Assembly (NCBI GenBank): GCA_031291955.1
Contig: JARLIA010000005.1
Location: forward strand, 141,224-205,223
Source: Minisyncoccota bacterium
GTDB taxonomy: Bacteria > Patescibacteriota > Minisyncoccia > Moranbacterales > UBA2206
DNA: 64,000 nt
Direction: 5' to 3'
The notes under the pieces are model-generated. The model saw only the letters and a program-made list of their open reading frames with translations, did no database searches and was not told the origin of the DNA. The translations under genes and the position numbers were made by a program. Below, one piece after another: positions 61,154-64,000 of this stretch (the first letter of the stretch is position 1; every line of letters begins with the position of its first letter).

Positions 61154-62213
61154 ATGAATACGCTTAACCGACCGATCTGGTTTTTCCCTGCCCAGCCGCT
61201 TAAACTATTAGATGAATATGACCGTTGGCGGCAAGTAGCCAAAATACTCAAATTATCCAAAGAGGCCTGCCTCCGGCTGGAATGGATCATCTATTATTGC
61301 GAAGGCCACGCCGCCACCTCGACTGCCAGGCATTATGGCATTTCCCGAAAGACTTTTTACAAATGGTTCAAAGTTTTTGATCGGGATAATTTGTATAGCC
61401 TCTATCAACTGGAAGACAAATCCAAGGCTCCCAAAAAAACCAGACAGCGGGAAATCACTCCCATTCAGGAACAGAGAATTATCCAGTTAAGAAAACGGTA
61501 TATCCGTTGGGGCAAAGAGAAGTTAGCGGTCATTTACCAGGAAGAATTTGGAGAAAAGATATCCGCTTGGAAAATCCAGAAAGTGATTGAGAATTGGAAG
61601 CTGTATTATCACCCGCAAAAAGCCTACAAAAACAAGCTCAAAAGAAGAAAAAACAAAAAGAAAAAGCGGATTACCGAACTTAAATTGGACAAAAAGGTTT
61701 CAGTTCCAGAAGAAAGCCGGCTACATCGTCTGCCTGGACACGGTGGAAGCAAGATGGAACAGTTTGAAAAGATATATTTTTACCGCCGTGGATAAATACG
61801 GCAAAGTGGCTTACGCCCGTATGTACAAAAACAAAAGTTCCAGTAACGGTGAAGATTTCCTCTATCGGTTGCATTTTCTTTTAGATGGCAAGATTCCAAG
61901 AGTTGGTCACGATAACGGATCTGAATTTGAAAAGTGTTTCCGGTCCGCCTGCGAGAAACTGAAAATCGAGCAATATTACTCTCGTGTGAGAACCCCCAAA
62001 GACAATCCCAACAACGAAAGATTTAATCGGACGCTGCGGGAAGAATTTATCGCCCTGGGGAATTTCCATTCCGACCCGGAAGTATTCAACAAACATCTGA
62101 CGGAGTGGCTCATCGAATACAATTTCAAAAGGCCTCATGAGGCTCTGGGATATCGGACGCCCATGAAAGCCAGCCACTTGTCACCTATGTACTCATCTTG
62201 TACAGTGACTTGA
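61154..62213 (+). mobile_element. IS481-like insertion sequence with the transposase split by a +1 frameshift in an A-rich run
   Basis: orfA (61154..61795) has an N-terminal HTH. orfB (61587..62213) has an rve DDE core (YIVCLDTVE..., GHDNGSEF, NNERFNRTLREEF). The frame switch falls in AGAAAAAACAAAAAGAAAAAG at about 61650-61670. Terminal inverted repeats were not identified. Confidence 0.65.
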
Positions 62214-62281
62214 CAAAAAGATGTTTTGGGTGTATGGTGGCTAGTCAGTATAGTTCTTTTATTTTTTACATATATTATGAA

Positions 62282-62340
62282 TCATTGCAGCTTTGAGGAA
62301 GTTTGGAATAAATTTTTTTGAAGCTGCAATGATAATTAGT
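62282..62340. other. Perfect 13 bp inverted repeat (ATCATTGCAGCTT...AAGCTGCAATGAT) with about a 30 nt spacer
   Basis: Seen directly in the sequence between the IS and the DGR target gene. Could be a terminator or regulatory hairpin. Confidence 0.4.
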
Positions 62341-62402
62341 GAGTCTTGATGCCGGCATAGGGCTGGTATAAGGACAATCTAAACAAGAGAAAGGGACTGA
62401 CC

Positions 62403-63041
62403 ATGAAAGACATGCTCGGTACGTTGGTACGAAAGATTGTGGACCTCCCGCTGGATGTGATTCGGGTGCTCTGCGATCTGGTGGAAAAGCTGTCAGGTGA
62501 GGCAGGTCAGCAATGGCTTGCTGAACTCAAAAATTTTCTCCGTAAAGAAAATTGCTGGACTGGCGTTGTCGTGGAGACCATTCTGCGACTAATATCTATT
62601 GGTGAGTCACTCGTCCTCGACGCTGCGGATGGCAAAGAAATTCTGGCAAAGGCGAAGGATGTATTTGCCTACATCGATCCCGATTTCAAAAATTGGGGTG
62701 CTGATGAACCCGGATCGGCAACTGGCGAAATGCCAGTTGCTGTCTATGAGATGACGCAGGACGGCACTTTTGCGCATATATTCGGTTCACTGAATGCCGA
62801 TGTGTACAAGCTTTGCTTCACACAGGCCCAGATCAAGGCCTTTGTGAAAAAGCACCGCCGTTGGCTTCGAACTGATGGCTATGGAACATTTTTCCTGTTC
62901 CGGTCACATGGTGAAGTCTTCGTTGCCGACGTCAACTTCATCTCTGGTGCTTCGCTGAGAGTCCACGTCTACCGGTTCGGGTACGACTATGTCTGGAATG
63001 TCGCCTATCGTCCTCGCGTGGTAGTTCCGCAACTGGCTTGA
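62403..63041 (+). CDS. DGR target protein (variable C-terminus)
   Basis: The 212-aa ORF's last ~38 codons (about 115 nt) form the VR partner of the downstream TR. The N-terminal region has no recognisable domain. Confidence 0.7.
   Translation: MKDMLGTLVRKIVDLPLDVIRVLCDLVEKLSGEAGQQWLAELKNFLRKENCWTGVVVETILRLISIGESLVLDAADGKEILAKAKDVFAYIDPDFKNWGADEPGSATGEMPVAVYEMTQDGTFAHIFGSLNADVYKLCFTQAQIKAFVKKHRRWLRTDGYGTFFLFRSHGEVFVADVNFISGASLRVHVYRFGYDYVWNVAYRPRVVVPQLA
62917..63033 (+). repeat. DGR variable repeat (VR)
   Basis: 117 nt aligned with the TR at 63346-63462. Across the core, all 15 mismatches are positions where the TR has A and the VR has G, C or T. The 3' ends diverge in an IMH-like way. Confidence 0.85.
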
Positions 63042-63073
63042 ACCTTTCTCTCTCTGTTATTTTGACTCTTTGT

Positions 63074-63121
63074 CCCTCGGATTCTTTGACACTTGGAATC
63101 CGGGGGATTTTTTTGTATAAT
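63074..63121 (+). terminator. Intrinsic terminator after the target gene, then an extended -10 promoter TGTATAAT
   Basis: CCCTCGGATTC-TTTGACACTTG-GAATCCGGGGG with T7. TGTATAAT at 63114-63121 could drive the TR transcript. Confidence 0.5.
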
Positions 63122-63345
63122 AAAAATGCAGCCAGGAAAACTTCGCGGCTACGGCTTCGGGCCAAGGTTGCTGAAAATTGCCATTCGGGAGTTTCGCCGG
63201 ATATGTCTTGCGAAAGAGAGGATGCCTTTTTCAAATAAAAAAAATAGCCAGTTGGTGCGGTAAGCTGGAGGACTTCGATGTCCCGAATAAGATACAATCC
63301 CGAGAGTATTCAAGGGATGGTGGAACAGATGGCTTATCGCACATT

Positions 63346-63462
63346 TCTTCGTTGCCAACGTCAACTTCAACTCTGATGATTCGCTGAAAGTCAACGTCAA
63401 CCGGTTCGAGAACGACAATGTCTGGAATGTCGACAATCGTCATCGCGTGGTAGTTCCGAAAC
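63346..63462 (+). repeat. DGR template repeat (TR)
   Basis: Read in the VR frame, the TR encodes VANVNFNSDDSLKVNVNRFENDNVWNVDNRHRVVVPKLAN, rich in AAC and AAT codons. This is the hallmark of DGR templates. Confidence 0.85.
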
Positions 63463-63480
63463 TTGCTAATTTTCTCCCGT

Positions 63481-63840
63481 TCATTTGGCGGGAGTTTTCT
63501 TTTGTTTTTCGATTAGTCCTTTTTTCCAACCGCCGAGCTGGCGCCCGATCTCTTCCAGTTTTTGGGAAAGTTCGATATATTTTTCCGTCGGAATGAGTTT
63601 GTTTTCCCAGGTGATTTGCGCGAAGAATTTCAAAATATCGTGGCGGGGAATGATTTTTCCCAAAAGAATTATCTTTTTATCCACTGGCAGATAGGCGGCG
63701 GTAAAAGTGTATTCCAGAATTTGGATGAAAAGTTGGGAAATTTTTTGTCCCAGACTAAAACGCTCCGCTTTGGGCATGTCGCGGTTAATAATTTGCCAAT
63801 ATCGATATGCCTCTTTTTCTTTTTGGATAACGGCGGGCAA
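63481..63840 (-). CDS. Four-helix-bundle protein, Avd-like DGR accessory variability determinant (PF05635-like)
   Basis: 119-aa basic helical protein. The C-terminal half (DILKFFAQITWENKLIPTEKYIELSQKLEEIGRQLGGWKKGL) matches the four-helix-bundle/Avd family pattern. It sits between the TR and the RT but on the opposite strand. Confidence 0.45.
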   Translation of the reverse strand: MPAVIQKEKEAYRYWQIINRDMPKAERFSLGQKISQLFIQILEYTFTAAYLPVDKKIILLGKIIPRHDILKFFAQITWENKLIPTEKYIELSQKLEEIGRQLGGWKKGLIEKQKKTPAK

Positions 63841-63872
63841 CTCCCTTGGGGGGGGGCGTTAAAGGGTTGTAA

Positions 63873-64000
63873 TTTTTGTTATGAAAATTCAATTGGCCCA
63901 TAAATTTGAAGATATTGTTAGTGTTGAAAATCTGCTGGAAGCGTGGAAGGAATTTATTTGCGGCAAGAAGAATAAAAAAGATGTGCAAGAATTTCCACTT
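63873..64000 (+). CDS. DGR-type reverse transcriptase, N-terminal fragment (runs off window)
   Basis: MKIQLAHKFEDIVSVENLLEAWKEFICGKKNKKDVQEF closely parallels the N-terminus of DGR RTs (compare bRT ...ITTWENLLDAYRKTSHGKRRTWGYLEF). Confidence 0.7.

Noticed and set aside
61000-62260. Terminal inverted repeats and target-site duplication of the IS481-like element
   Set aside because: Only weak direct similarity (GTGACTGAAGAAGA against GTGACTTGACAAAAAGA) was seen at the flanks. Cannot define element ends from a single copy.

Overview
This 64 kb window is AT-rich and gene-dense, and reads like a Candidate Phyla Radiation (Patescibacteria/Parcubacteria-like) chromosome segment. Genes are small, several tRNAs lack an encoded CCA, and the usual CPR competence-type type IV pilus genes are present. 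Core content:
- A complete type IV pilus/competence locus (comFC, clpC-like, pilM/N/O, pilB, CheY-like receiver, pilT, pilC, two tandem major pilins, pilD, four minor pilins).
- An F1Fo ATP synthase operon (atpZ-like, atpB, E, F, H, A, G, D, C).
- ligA, gatC, gatA, leuS, uppP and eleven tRNA genes.
- A lipid-linked glycosylation cluster: two GT-C paralogs (one frameshifted), a GT2 polyprenyl-phosphate glycosyltransferase, UppP and PAP2 phosphatases.
- An ECF sigma / anti-sigma pair and a receiver-less sigma-54 activator sitting among secreted adhesin-like proteins.

Standout observations:
1. A diversity-generating retroelement at the right edge. A target gene carries a C-terminal variable repeat, and a template repeat 429 bp downstream differs from it only at template adenines. 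An Avd-like four-helix-bundle gene and the N-terminus of a DGR-type reverse transcriptase follow.
2. A LeuRS that carries a complete Nudix hydrolase domain inserted inside its CP1 editing domain.
3. A family of about 120 bp AT-rich inverted-repeat elements built from AATTTCT-type heptamers. They sit in the intergenic spacers of the atp and gatCAB operons, and two copies lie in-frame within ligA (RPE-like behaviour).
4. A 2.4 kb islet bounded by 25 bp direct repeats of the tRNA-Pro(CGG) 3' end (AAA ATPase plus two excisionase-like HTH genes, no integrase).
5. Clusters of the palindrome GTACGTAC/TACGTA at three loci, one directly upstream of a small AbrB/MazE-like gene.
6. A 23 nt exact repeat that follows both atpH and atpG.
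7. An IS481-like transposase split by a +1 frameshift in an A-run.
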